From an uncultured Gammaproteobacteria bacterium (lineage in GTDB: Bacteria; Pseudomonadota; Gammaproteobacteria; Pseudomonadales; UBA5518), in assembly GCA_903928015.1 (NCBI GenBank), contig CAIYPF010000103.1, positions 12,602 through 76,601 on the forward strand: a stretch of 64,000 bases of DNA, written 5' to 3'. A program made the translations under genes and the position numbers. Below the pieces are notes generated by a model that was not told where the DNA came from, did not search any database, and saw only the letters and a list, made by a program, of their open reading frames with translations. Shown piece by piece: positions 11,506-20,551 of this stretch. Positions within the stretch are counted from its first letter, which is position 1. Every line of letters begins with the position of its first letter.

Positions 11506-12255
11506 ATGTTTGACTGGATGGCGAGCCCTGAAGCCTGGGCAGCGCTTGCGACCCTCACCGCGCTCGAGATCGTTCTCGGCATAGACAACATCATCTTCCT
11601 CACGATCCTTGTCGGACGCTTGCCTCCGGAGCAGCGTCATTCAGCCCGCGTTCTCGGCCTCGGTCTCGCGATGATCACCCGGATCATGCTGCTTGTGTCC
11701 CTGGCCTGGGTGGCAAAGCTCACCCATCCGCTTTTCGTCGTTCCCGTGGGCGGTTTCGAGATCACCGGACGTGATCTTGTGCTGCTGCTGGGCGGTTTGT
11801 TCCTTCTGGTCAAGGCCACCCTGGAAATCCACGCGGCAGTCGAGGGGGAGGGCGACAAGGCGGAGGCAGACCGTGCGGTCCCTCACGCAGCCTACGTGGG
11901 TACGCTGGTGCAGATAGCGATCATCGACATCGTGTTCTCGCTCGATTCCGTGATCACGGCCGTCGGCATGGCCAACGATATTCCCGTCATGGTGCTGGCC
12001 GTGATCGCTGCGGTGGCGGTGATGATGTTCGCGGCGAGGCCGCTCGGCGACTTCGTCGACCGCCACCCCACAGCCAAGGTGCTCGCGCTGGCGTTCCTGG
12101 TGATGATAGGCACGGCGCTCATCGCCGAGGGCTGTGGTGTGCACGTGCACAAGGCCTACCTGTATGTGGCCATGGCCTTCTCGGTGAGCGTCGAGATGCT
12201 GAACATACGGATGAGGCGCAACAGTCAGGGCGGAAGCCCGCCCGCGGGGGCCTGA
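11506..12255 (+). CDS. TerC-family integral membrane protein
   Basis: PEAWAALATLTALEIVLGIDNIIFLTILVGRLP and the second repeat DIVFSLDSVITAVGM are TerC hallmarks. The start may be TTG 11491 or ATG 11506. Confidence 0.8.
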   Translation: MFDWMASPEAWAALATLTALEIVLGIDNIIFLTILVGRLPPEQRHSARVLGLGLAMITRIMLLVSLAWVAKLTHPLFVVPVGGFEITGRDLVLLLGGLFLLVKATLEIHAAVEGEGDKAEADRAVPHAAYVGTLVQIAIIDIVFSLDSVITAVGMANDIPVMVLAVIAAVAVMMFAARPLGDFVDRHPTAKVLALAFLVMIGTALIAEGCGVHVHKAYLYVAMAFSVSVEMLNIRMRRNSQGGSPPAGA

Positions 12256-13299
12256 TCAGGGAGGGGGAGCGTCGGGCGACGCCTTGCCCGGGGGTGGGTT
12301 CGCGGCCTCTTCATCCTTGATGATCTCTTCCTGCGTCCGGCTGACCAGGGAACTGCCTTTGAGGGCGTCTTCGATTTCCTTCTTGAGCACGAGGATCACG
12401 ATCCTCCGGTTCGACGGGTCCTCCGGTTTCTCCGGCAGTCTGGGCACCGAGGGGCCCATGCCCTGTACCGTCAGGATCTTTTTCTCGGGGTAATCTCCGT
12501 CCAGCAGGGCGCGCCTTGCACTGTTCGCCCGGTCTGCAGAGAGCTCCCAGTTCGTGTAGTCAGAGCCAGGACCATAGGGCACGGCATCGGTGTGGCCGTT
12601 GACGCTGAGTTTGTTCACCACCTTGTTCAGGATCGTGGCAAGGCGATAGAGCACTTCCTCAGCGTAGATCTCGAGTTCTTTGGATCCGCTCTGGAACATC
12701 GGGCGGTTGGCCTTGTCGACAATCTGGATCCGCAAGCCGAGCGCGGTCTGGTCGATCAGGATCTGGTCGTGGAGTTTCACGAAGGCCGAATCATCCCTGG
12801 CCAGTTCCTTCTCGAGGTCCTTCTGCAAGGCGTCCAGCGTTTTCTGTTCGCGCGCGGCCTGCTCGCGGGCAACTTCGTCGTCGGAGGCCTTTTCCAGATC
12901 CGGTTTGCCTTCGGTGGCCGGCTTGGGTGCCGGTTCGGTAGGTGCGGCTTCTGCGCCTGATTGGGCCAAGGGCTCCTGCTTCGCCTCCGGTTGGGTGAGC
13001 GGGTTGTCCCAGTTGATCATGCCCTGATTGGCGCCGCCGGGGCCGGTGTTACCCATGCCCGGCGCGTCGAGCCCGCCGCCCTGGCCGGCGATGGAGCCGG
13101 CGGGGTCCCTGAAGTAGGCCTGGATCTGCTGGCGGTCGTCCTTGCTGGTGCTGCCAAGGAGCCAGAGCAGGAGAAAGAAAGCCATCATCGCGGTCACGAA
13201 GTCGGCGTAGGCGACTTTCCATGCGCCGCCGTGGTGTCCGTGGCCGGACACCTTTTTCTTCTTGATGATGATCGGCTGTTCGCCGCCGGCGCTTGCCAT
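12256..13299 (-). CDS. motB: Flagellar motor stator protein MotB (OmpA-like C-terminus)
   Basis: N-terminal AWKVAYADFVTAMMAFFLLLWLL plug/TM with the conserved Asp, and a C-terminal OmpA-like peptidoglycan-binding region (GHTDAVPY...NWELSADRANSARRAL). It lies downstream of motA. Confidence 0.85.
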   Translation of the reverse strand: MASAGGEQPIIIKKKKVSGHGHHGGAWKVAYADFVTAMMAFFLLLWLLGSTSKDDRQQIQAYFRDPAGSIAGQGGGLDAPGMGNTGPGGANQGMINWDNPLTQPEAKQEPLAQSGAEAAPTEPAPKPATEGKPDLEKASDDEVAREQAAREQKTLDALQKDLEKELARDDSAFVKLHDQILIDQTALGLRIQIVDKANRPMFQSGSKELEIYAEEVLYRLATILNKVVNKLSVNGHTDAVPYGPGSDYTNWELSADRANSARRALLDGDYPEKKILTVQGMGPSVPRLPEKPEDPSNRRIVILVLKKEIEDALKGSSLVSRTQEEIIKDEEAANPPPGKASPDAPPP

Positions 13300-13302
13300 G
13301 GA

Positions 13303-14160
13303 TCAGGCCGGCTTCTGCTTCACACGTTCCTCGACCTCGGTCCACGTGGGACGTACCGAGTGGTACAGCACCTTGCGGCCGAACTCGACAGCCAGTTGGG
13401 GAGGCGCGCCGTTGAAGCTCGCCATCATGGAGACCTTGATGCACTCGTAGAACTTGGCTTCTTCGCGGGCCTTGTGCTCGAGGTATTTGCTCATCGGGCC
13501 GAAGATCCCGTAGGACATCAGGATCCCCAGGAAGGTGCCCACGAGTGCGGCGCCGACGTGGTGGCCGAGAACCGCAGGGTCGCCCCCGATGTGGCTCATG
13601 GTGATCACCACCCCCATGACGGCCGCCACGATCCCGAAACCGGGCAATCCGTCGGAAAGGTTCCCGAGGGAGGCAGGCACGAGGTGCGATTCCGTGTGGT
13701 GGGTTTCGAGTTCAGCATCGAACAGTGCATCGAGGTCGTGGCTGGCTACGCCGCCGAGCGTCATCACGCGCAGGTAGTCGATGATGAAGTCCATCGAGCC
13801 GTGGATTTTCTCGATGGTCGGGTACTTGCTGAAGATCGGGCTTTCGGCGGGGGCGTCGATGTCTTTCTCGATGCCGAGAAGGCCTTCGCGACGGATCTTG
13901 TTGAATATCTCGTACATCAGCGCGAGAAGTTCGAGGTACAGAACCTTCTTGAAAGGGGACGCAGTGAACAACTGGCCGAAACCCTTGAGCACTCCGATGC
14001 TGATGGCGATGGGGTTCGACATGACGAGGGCGCCGAAGGCAGCGCCGCCGATGATGATGAGCTCGTTGGGCTGCCACAGCGCCAGGAGTTTTCCGCCCGA
14101 GAGGGTGAACCCGAGTGCGCAGGCCCCGAGCACCATCACCAGGCCAATGATGGTATTCAT
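13303..14160 (-). CDS. motA: Flagellar motor stator protein MotA
   Basis: 285 aa with four TM segments, MotA/TolQ/ExbB channel family. 3-nt gap to motB. Confidence 0.85.
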   Translation of the reverse strand: MNTIIGLVMVLGACALGFTLSGGKLLALWQPNELIIIGGAAFGALVMSNPIAISIGVLKGFGQLFTASPFKKVLYLELLALMYEIFNKIRREGLLGIEKDIDAPAESPIFSKYPTIEKIHGSMDFIIDYLRVMTLGGVASHDLDALFDAELETHHTESHLVPASLGNLSDGLPGFGIVAAVMGVVITMSHIGGDPAVLGHHVGAALVGTFLGILMSYGIFGPMSKYLEHKAREEAKFYECIKVSMMASFNGAPPQLAVEFGRKVLYHSVRPTWTEVEERVKQKPA

Positions 14161-14324
14161 CCGCTACCGTGCTCCACTGCTGAGTCCCGCCGCATCCTAG
14201 CGTGGCAGTGAAGGCTCCACAACACTCGCTGCGCTGGTGGTGGCACATCCCCAAGCTGGCTAGAATCCGGGTGGCTGCACTATCCGGCCTCGCTTCCGGG
14301 CCCTTGCAGTCGAGAGACCCCGAT

Positions 14325-16916
14325 ATGTATCAGCGCACGCTCATCTTCAACCTTGCGATATTCGTGAGTGTCGCAGCCGCCTGTGTCGCAGCTTGGGCCT
14401 GGTTCAACCGGCCTATCGAAGCGCCCGACTGGCCGGAGCACGTCTCGGGTTACTCGTTCTCGCCCTTCAGGAAGGGACAGGACCCCACGCGCAATCTCTT
14501 CCCTACCGAGGAGCAGATCCGCGCCGACATCGAACTGCTCTCCGAGCACACCAACCGTTTGCGCACCTATTCGGTCAAAGGCACGCTTGGCGATATTCCC
14601 CGCATCGCCCAGGACTACGGCATCAACGTCACCCTCGGCATCTGGATCAGCAACGATCCTGTGGCCAACGAAGACGAGATCAACCGCGCCATCGAGATCG
14701 CCAACAGCGTACACAACATCGATCTCATCATCGTCGGCAACGAAGCCTTGTTCCGGACCGAAGTCACGCCGGAGGAGATGATCAATTACATCGAGCGGGT
14801 GCGCGCAGCCGTCAAGGTGCGTGTGACCACCGCCGAGCCGTGGCATATCTGGTTGAAGTACCCGGAACTTGCCACGCACGTGAAGGTCATCGGTGCGCAC
14901 GTGCTGTTGTTCTGGGAGAAAGTCCCTGCTCAGAAAGCGGTCAAGGTGACCATTGAGCGGGCGCGGGAGCTTCGCAAGGCATTTCCCAAGAAACGGCTTC
15001 TTCTTGCAGAGGTGGGCTGGCCGTCACACGGGCGGCCGCAGGGCGATGCCGAGGCTACGCCGGCCGTACAGGCCGTTTACCTCCGCACCATGCTCGACAA
15101 GCTGAACAGCGGCGGTTACGAGTACTTCGTGATCGAGGCATTCGACCAGACATGGAAGACGGGCGATGAAGGCGACGTGGGAGCCTATTGGGGTGTCTAT
15201 GACGTGGAGCGCCGGCCCAAGTTCCCGTTCTCGGGGCCGGTGGTGGCGATCCCCGAGTGGCGGACGCTCGCGGGTGTGTCGGTAGTCATGGCGGTACTCG
15301 CGTTTGGACTGCTGCTGATCGACAGTTCCGGGCTCAAGCGTCGCGGGCGCACCTTTCTGGCTCTTATCGCGTTCGCAATGGCCTCGTTCCTCGTGTTCGT
15401 TGCTTACGACTATTCGAGGCAGTATCTGGGCTTGCTCGAATGGTTGCTGGGCGCAGTGCTCGTGCTCTCCGCTCTCGGGGTGTTCACGGTCCTCTTTGCC
15501 GAGGCCCATGAGATGGCCGAGACCATCTGGGCCGAACGTCGACGGCCTTTCGCGCCGGTGCGCGAGCACGGCAACTTCATGCCCAGAGTCTCGATCCACG
15601 TGCCTTGCTACAACGAACCTCCCGAGATGCTGAAGCTCACGCTGGACGCACTCGCGCTGCTCGACTATCCGGACTTCGAGGTTCTGGTCATCGACAACAA
15701 CACGCCGGAGGAGGCCACCTGGCGCCCTGTAGAGGCGCATTGCGCCGCGCTGGGGCCGCGGTTCCGGTTCTTCCATGTTCGCCCGCTGGCGGGATTCAAG
15801 GCGGGTGCGCTGAACTACGCGCTGGAACGGACGTCGCCTGATGCCGAGGTTGTAGCCGTCATCGACGCCGATTACATCGTGCAGCCGAACTGGCTCACCT
15901 CTCTGGTGCCGCACTTTGCGGATCCGCGCATCGGTGTGGTGCAGGGCCCGCAGGATTATCGCGACGGGGAGGAGTCCTTGTTCAAGCGGCTTTGCTATGC
16001 CGAGTACAAGGGTTTCTTCCATATCGGGATGATCACCCGCAATGACCGGGACGCGATCATCCAGCACGGCACCATGACCATGATCCGGCGTCCGCTGCTC
16101 GATCAGCTGCGTTGGGGCGACTGGACCATCACCGAAGATGCGGAGCTCGGTTTGCGGGTTTTTGCCGCAGGTTTTTCGGCAGCATATGTGCCGGATTCGG
16201 TCGGGAAAGGTGTGATGCCCGACCGCTTCATCGACTACAAGAAGCAGCGTTTCCGCTGGGCTTTCGGTGCGATGCAGATCATGCGCAGGCATGCGCGGAT
16301 GCTCTTCCTCGGCGAAGGCAGCCAGCTCACGCGTGGGCAGCGATACCACTTCCTGGCGGGTTGGCTGCCGTGGTGTGCCGACGGTCTCAATCTCTTCTTC
16401 ACCGCCGGTGCGCTGGTATGGACTGCGGCGATCCTGATCGCGCCGACACAGGCCATGCCGCCCGATCTCATCTTCGCGGTGCCGCCCCTGATGCTCTTCA
16501 TCGGCAAACTTGCGAAAATCCTTTACCTCTACATCCGCCACATGAAAGTGCCCTTGCGCACGTCCATGGGCGCGGCGATCGCCGGACTGGCCCTGTCGCA
16601 CACCATTGGCAAGGCGGTGGCCTTCGGCATGATGACGCGCAGCATTCCCTTCTTCCGCACGCCAAAGATGTCGGGTCACGGAGGAGCGCTGCAGGCGATT
16701 GCCGAGGCGCGTGAGGAACTCTATGTGATGCTGCTGTTGTGGGGCGCTGCGATCGGTATGGTGTTGCTGCACCACCTCGACACATCCGATGCCTACGCAT
16801 GGCTGACGATGCTTCTCGTGCAGTCATTGCCGTATCTGGCGGCGGTGTGCATGTCCTGGGTTGCGGTGTTTGCACGCCCGCGCGAGGAAGCGGCCATCGT
16901 GCCGGCGGGGGCCTGA
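14325..16916 (+). CDS. ndvB: Bifunctional GH17 glycoside hydrolase/transglycosylase - GT2 glycosyltransferase (NdvB-like beta-1,3-glucan synthase)
   Basis: N-terminal TM, then GH17 motifs IIVGNEALFR and LLAEVGWPSHG. Central TMs, then GT2 motifs VPCYNEP, VLVIDNNT, VIDADY, TEDAELG and QRFRWAFG, then C-terminal TMs. Start trimmed to ATG 14325; the ORF-track GTG is at 14202. Confidence 0.8.
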   Translation: MYQRTLIFNLAIFVSVAAACVAAWAWFNRPIEAPDWPEHVSGYSFSPFRKGQDPTRNLFPTEEQIRADIELLSEHTNRLRTYSVKGTLGDIPRIAQDYGINVTLGIWISNDPVANEDEINRAIEIANSVHNIDLIIVGNEALFRTEVTPEEMINYIERVRAAVKVRVTTAEPWHIWLKYPELATHVKVIGAHVLLFWEKVPAQKAVKVTIERARELRKAFPKKRLLLAEVGWPSHGRPQGDAEATPAVQAVYLRTMLDKLNSGGYEYFVIEAFDQTWKTGDEGDVGAYWGVYDVERRPKFPFSGPVVAIPEWRTLAGVSVVMAVLAFGLLLIDSSGLKRRGRTFLALIAFAMASFLVFVAYDYSRQYLGLLEWLLGAVLVLSALGVFTVLFAEAHEMAETIWAERRRPFAPVREHGNFMPRVSIHVPCYNEPPEMLKLTLDALALLDYPDFEVLVIDNNTPEEATWRPVEAHCAALGPRFRFFHVRPLAGFKAGALNYALERTSPDAEVVAVIDADYIVQPNWLTSLVPHFADPRIGVVQGPQDYRDGEESLFKRLCYAEYKGFFHIGMITRNDRDAIIQHGTMTMIRRPLLDQLRWGDWTITEDAELGLRVFAAGFSAAYVPDSVGKGVMPDRFIDYKKQRFRWAFGAMQIMRRHARMLFLGEGSQLTRGQRYHFLAGWLPWCADGLNLFFTAGALVWTAAILIAPTQAMPPDLIFAVPPLMLFIGKLAKILYLYIRHMKVPLRTSMGAAIAGLALSHTIGKAVAFGMMTRSIPFFRTPKMSGHGGALQAIAEAREELYVMLLLWGAAIGMVLLHHLDTSDAYAWLTMLLVQSLPYLAAVCMSWVAVFARPREEAAIVPAGA

Positions 16917-16917
16917 G

Positions 16918-18459
16918 TTGCCCAAGCTGGCTCTTGCCTTTCTTGCCTGCGTCGCAGGGACAGTACTGGTCTGGTTCGGCCTGGGGCGGCCGCAGGATGT
17001 TCCTGGCGGCCTGCCCTCGGGCGAAAAACTCCAGTGCGCCTCGTACACGCCGTTCCGGGAGGGTGAAACACCCGCCGCGTTCCAGGTCACGCGCGAGCGG
17101 CTGCGCGAGGATTTCGCGCTGCTCTCGCGTCAGGTGGGGTGCATACGCATCTACTCCATGAAGGGCATGGAGCTCATTCCAGAGGTGGCGGGAGAGTTCG
17201 GTCTGGGGCTTATCGCTGGCGCATGGATCAGCCGCGACGATGTCGACACCGAAAACGAACTGCGCCTTGTCGAAGGCATGGCTGCGCGTTATCCGGATGT
17301 GGTTCGGGCGGTGCTGGTTGGCAACGAAGTGCTGTTGCGGCGCGAGCGCACGGCGGCGCAGTTGCTGGTGTACATGCAGCGCGTCCGCGAGCGCGTCGAG
17401 CAGCCGGTCAGCTATGGGGATGTGTGGGACTTCTGGATGCAGAATCCTTCCATCGTCGATGGTGCGGATTTCGTGACCATCCACCTCCTGCCCTACTGGG
17501 AGAACGACCCGACGCCTGTGGCGGGAGCGATCGAGGCGGTACAGCACGCGCATGACGAGATCGCGCGCACCTTTCCGGGCAAGGCAATTCTGATCGGCGA
17601 AACCGGTTGGCCTTCAGAGGGGCGTCGTCGCGAAGGCGCGCAGCCCGGGCGGGTGAGCGAAGCGCTTTTCGTGCGCGGATTCGTTGCTCGCGCCAAGGAA
17701 AAGGGCTGGCATTACAACCTGATCGAGGCCTTCGATCAGCCGTGGAAGCGCGGGCAGGAAGGCGCGGTGGGAGGTTACTGGGGGCTCTTCGATGCCTCGC
17801 GCAAGGATAAAGGCGTGGTGAGCGGTCCCGTCTCTGATTTGCCCGAGTGGAAGGGCCTGATGGGTGGAGCCGTTCTGGCCCTGGCGGCAGGGTGCGCACT
17901 GCTTCGACCCCGACGTGCCTCGGGGGTGTTCGCTATCGGACTCTCCGCGAGCACGGTTCTTTTTCATGTGCACCTGATGTCGCTCTACAGTCGCAGCATG
18001 CCGGAGGCCGCGTGGTTCGGGGCGCAGGGCCTGCTGTCCATGGGCTGCGCTTTCGCACTCGTCGGCCGCTCCCGTTCCCGCGAGCAACACGCCTGGCACG
18101 ATACGGTGCTGGGATGGGCGCTTGTGATGGCCTTTGCAGAGGTCATCGGGCTCGTCTTCGATGCGCGCTACCGGCACTTCCCCGTCGCGGTCTTCATTGT
18201 TCCGGCCTGGGGTCTTCTTTCGATGGGGCTGAGTACGGAACTGTGGCGCAGTCGCGGCAGGGTGATCGGGTGGGCGATGCTCGCGTCCGTCCCACTGATG
18301 CTGCTGCAGGAGACGCTGCAAAACGTCCAGGCGCTCGCGTGGTCGGCGGTCGTGGCGGCCCTCGCCATTGGCGCCCTGAGGGGTGGGGCTCAGTCTTCGC
18401 GGATGGATGCTTCGCTTGCCAGTGCCACTACGGCAAGCGCCGCCGCAGGCGCCCCGTAG
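16918..18459 (+). CDS. Membrane-anchored GH17 family beta-1,3-glucanosyltransferase (NdvC-like)
   Basis: Second GH17 domain (VLVGNEVLLR, ILIGETGWPSEG) with an N-terminal TM and about six C-terminal TMs. The likely TTG start at 16918 is 1 nt after the ndvB-like stop. Confidence 0.7.
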   Translation: MPKLALAFLACVAGTVLVWFGLGRPQDVPGGLPSGEKLQCASYTPFREGETPAAFQVTRERLREDFALLSRQVGCIRIYSMKGMELIPEVAGEFGLGLIAGAWISRDDVDTENELRLVEGMAARYPDVVRAVLVGNEVLLRRERTAAQLLVYMQRVRERVEQPVSYGDVWDFWMQNPSIVDGADFVTIHLLPYWENDPTPVAGAIEAVQHAHDEIARTFPGKAILIGETGWPSEGRRREGAQPGRVSEALFVRGFVARAKEKGWHYNLIEAFDQPWKRGQEGAVGGYWGLFDASRKDKGVVSGPVSDLPEWKGLMGGAVLALAAGCALLRPRRASGVFAIGLSASTVLFHVHLMSLYSRSMPEAAWFGAQGLLSMGCAFALVGRSRSREQHAWHDTVLGWALVMAFAEVIGLVFDARYRHFPVAVFIVPAWGLLSMGLSTELWRSRGRVIGWAMLASVPLMLLQETLQNVQALAWSAVVAALAIGALRGGAQSSRMDASLASATTASAAAGAP

Positions 18460-18782
18460 CGCGCGTTGTAGAGCACAAGCGCAGCGGCGGACACAAAGAG
18501 GGCAGTTGTGGCCAGCCACCGACGTGGCGCTCCGCGCAGGGGCAGTGCACAAACAGCCGCCACCAGGCCACCGAGCCCGAACACCTGCCAGTGGATGGTG
18601 GTGCCCAGCGTTGCCCTGACTGCGCAGGCGAGACTCTCTGGTGCGTTCAGGCAGGGGTCGTCCTCCGGTCTGATCTCGAAGTAGCCGTAGCGCAGCGCAT
18701 ACAGAGCAGCAAACCAGCAGAGCAGCGCAATACCCGTCATCAGCGGTCGTCGACGCTGCTGCGCTGTCGTTGTCGTATCCAT
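18390..18782 (-). CDS. Hypothetical small integral membrane protein (about 4 TM)
   Basis: 130-aa ORF with coding-like third-position GC and hydrophobic segments. 57 nt downstream of rlmD on the same strand. Its 3' end overlaps the convergent GH17 gene by 70 nt. Confidence 0.45.
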   Translation of the reverse strand: MDTTTTAQQRRRPLMTGIALLCWFAALYALRYGYFEIRPEDDPCLNAPESLACAVRATLGTTIHWQVFGLGGLVAAVCALPLRGAPRRWLATTALFVSAAALVLYNARYGAPAAALAVVALASEASIRED

Positions 18783-18839
18783 TCACGAGCTCTCCGGAGC
18801 GGTCGCGGGCGAGACTAGCACAGCCCCTGGTGCAGCTGA

Positions 18840-20147
18840 TCAGCGCGCGAACAAGGCCAGACTCTCTGCGTGTGCCGTGTGCGGGAACATGTGAAGAACC
18901 CCGGCCGCGTGCAGTTTGAAACCCGTGCTGCAGAGCCGTTGCGCATCACGGGCCAGTGTCGCGGCATCGCATGACACGTAGACCAGACGCTTCACACCGA
19001 GCGATGCCATGCGGTCACAGAGCAGTGCGGCACCGGCTCGCGGTGGATCAAGCACGGCCAATCGGTGGTCATTGCGCCGAAAGCCGTTGACACCCTCCGC
19101 GCTGAAGAGATCCGCCACACGGAAATCGCAATTGGCGATGCCGTTGGCTATGGCGTTCTCTTTCGCGGTGGCGACCTGCTGCACGCTTCCTTCGACGCCA
19201 AGCACCCGTGCCGTGCGGCGTGCAAGGGGCAGGGAGAAATTTCCGATGCCGGAGAACAGATCGAGCACTGCGTCTGCTGGCGTTGGTGCGAGCAACTCGA
19301 TGACACGTTCCACGAGCCGGGCGTTCACCTCGCGATTGGCCTGCGTGAAATCCCAGGGAGCGAAGCCCAGGCTCAATCCGGGCTCCGGGCTGTAGTGCAG
19401 TTGTGGCGCAGGGGACTCCCAGCGTGGCGATTGCGATGTCCCTTGCACGCCAAAGCCGTATACGGCACCCAGAGAGCGCGCGAAGTCCGCAAGCCTTTCG
19501 CGGTCGTGCGCTGGCAGTGCTTTCTGCGAGCAGAAACCCATGCCGATCCCGTCGTCGCCTGCTGAGAGCCATATCTCCTGCGGCAGCGATGCTCCGGAGA
19601 GCGTCTGCAACACCTCGCGGAGCGCGCCGGGCAGGGACGCGAGTTCAGGAACGAGGACCGGACACTGCGCTATGGACTCGATGATCGTCGAGTCCTCGCG
19701 CCGGAACCCGATCTGAACAGCCTTGCTTCCGGGATCACGCGTGACCGCGAGCCGGGCTCGTGACCGGTAATGCCAGGCTGTGGATTCCACCGGCTCGAGC
19801 CAGCGCTTCGGGGATACCTTCCCTATCCGGGTGAGCACATCGGAGAGCCGTTGCCGGTGCGCGGCGAGTTGGGCCGAGGGCGCGAGGTGCTGCAGGGCAC
19901 AACCTCCGCAGGCACCGGCGTGCTGACATGATGGCGTCACGCGCTCGGGCGATGGCCTGATGATCGACGTGAGCAAGGCCTCGTCGTGGCGATCCCTCAC
20001 GCGCAGGGTGCGGATGGCAACCTCCTCACCCGGAAGCGCTCCGCCCACGAACACGGTCTTCCCTGCGCGGCGTGCAACGCCACGGCCGTCGTGGGCGAGA
20101 CCCTCGATGTGAACGATGTCCGTCTGGCTCGAGGGCGGTTGCGTCAT
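18840..20147 (-). CDS. rlmD: 23S rRNA (uracil1939-C5)-methyltransferase
   Basis: TRAM-like N-terminus (VHIEGLAHDGRGVARRAGKTVFVGGALPGEEV), 4Fe-4S Cys cluster (CQHAGACGGCALQH...C) and SAM-MTase motif LDLFSGIGNFSLPLA. Start trimmed to ATG 20147, giving 435 aa as in E. coli RlmD. Confidence 0.85.
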   Translation of the reverse strand: MTQPPSSQTDIVHIEGLAHDGRGVARRAGKTVFVGGALPGEEVAIRTLRVRDRHDEALLTSIIRPSPERVTPSCQHAGACGGCALQHLAPSAQLAAHRQRLSDVLTRIGKVSPKRWLEPVESTAWHYRSRARLAVTRDPGSKAVQIGFRREDSTIIESIAQCPVLVPELASLPGALREVLQTLSGASLPQEIWLSAGDDGIGMGFCSQKALPAHDRERLADFARSLGAVYGFGVQGTSQSPRWESPAPQLHYSPEPGLSLGFAPWDFTQANREVNARLVERVIELLAPTPADAVLDLFSGIGNFSLPLARRTARVLGVEGSVQQVATAKENAIANGIANCDFRVADLFSAEGVNGFRRNDHRLAVLDPPRAGAALLCDRMASLGVKRLVYVSCDAATLARDAQRLCSTGFKLHAAGVLHMFPHTAHAESLALFAR

Positions 20148-20278
20148 GTCTTGCCTGGCACCTGTAGTGGAGCGCGATGATGGGGGAGGGCGCCGCCACG
20201 CGCCAGTGCGCAGAGGCTTCCCTTCGGAAGGAGCTTTGCGCACCATAGCGCGCCCCCCGATATTCTGGAGCCGTCGAT

Positions 20279-20551
20279 ATGAATGATCTCGTTGCGCGTG
20301 TGTCCGTTCTGGCTTTCTACGCTGCTGCTGCCCTGTCGCTGTTTGTTGATTTCCCGCCGCTCCTTGAGGCGGTGCTGCAGTACGGAACACTGGCCCTGCT
20401 TGTCGCCCACACGGCGGAGGTACTGTTCTGCTTCCGCTGGATCAAGTTGTACCCCGGATCCGTCGTGACCAGCGTCGTGCTTACGCTGCTCTTCGGTTTC
20501 GTGCACTGGATGCCCTACAAGAAGCGCTTCGAGGCCGATGCCGGGGCTTGA
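20279..20551 (+). CDS. Small membrane protein (3 predicted TM), function unknown
   Basis: 90-aa hydrophobic ORF. Its stop (TGA 20549-20551) overlaps the start region of the next gene. Confidence 0.5.
   Translation: MNDLVARVSVLAFYAAAALSLFVDFPPLLEAVLQYGTLALLVAHTAEVLFCFRWIKLYPGSVVTSVVLTLLFGFVHWMPYKKRFEADAGA

Noticed and set aside
15024-16775. 583-aa minus-strand ORF antisense to the ndvB-like gene
   Set aside because: The plus-strand frame carries a complete set of GH17 and GT2 motifs. The antisense product is Arg/His/Gly-rich without TM or domain signatures.
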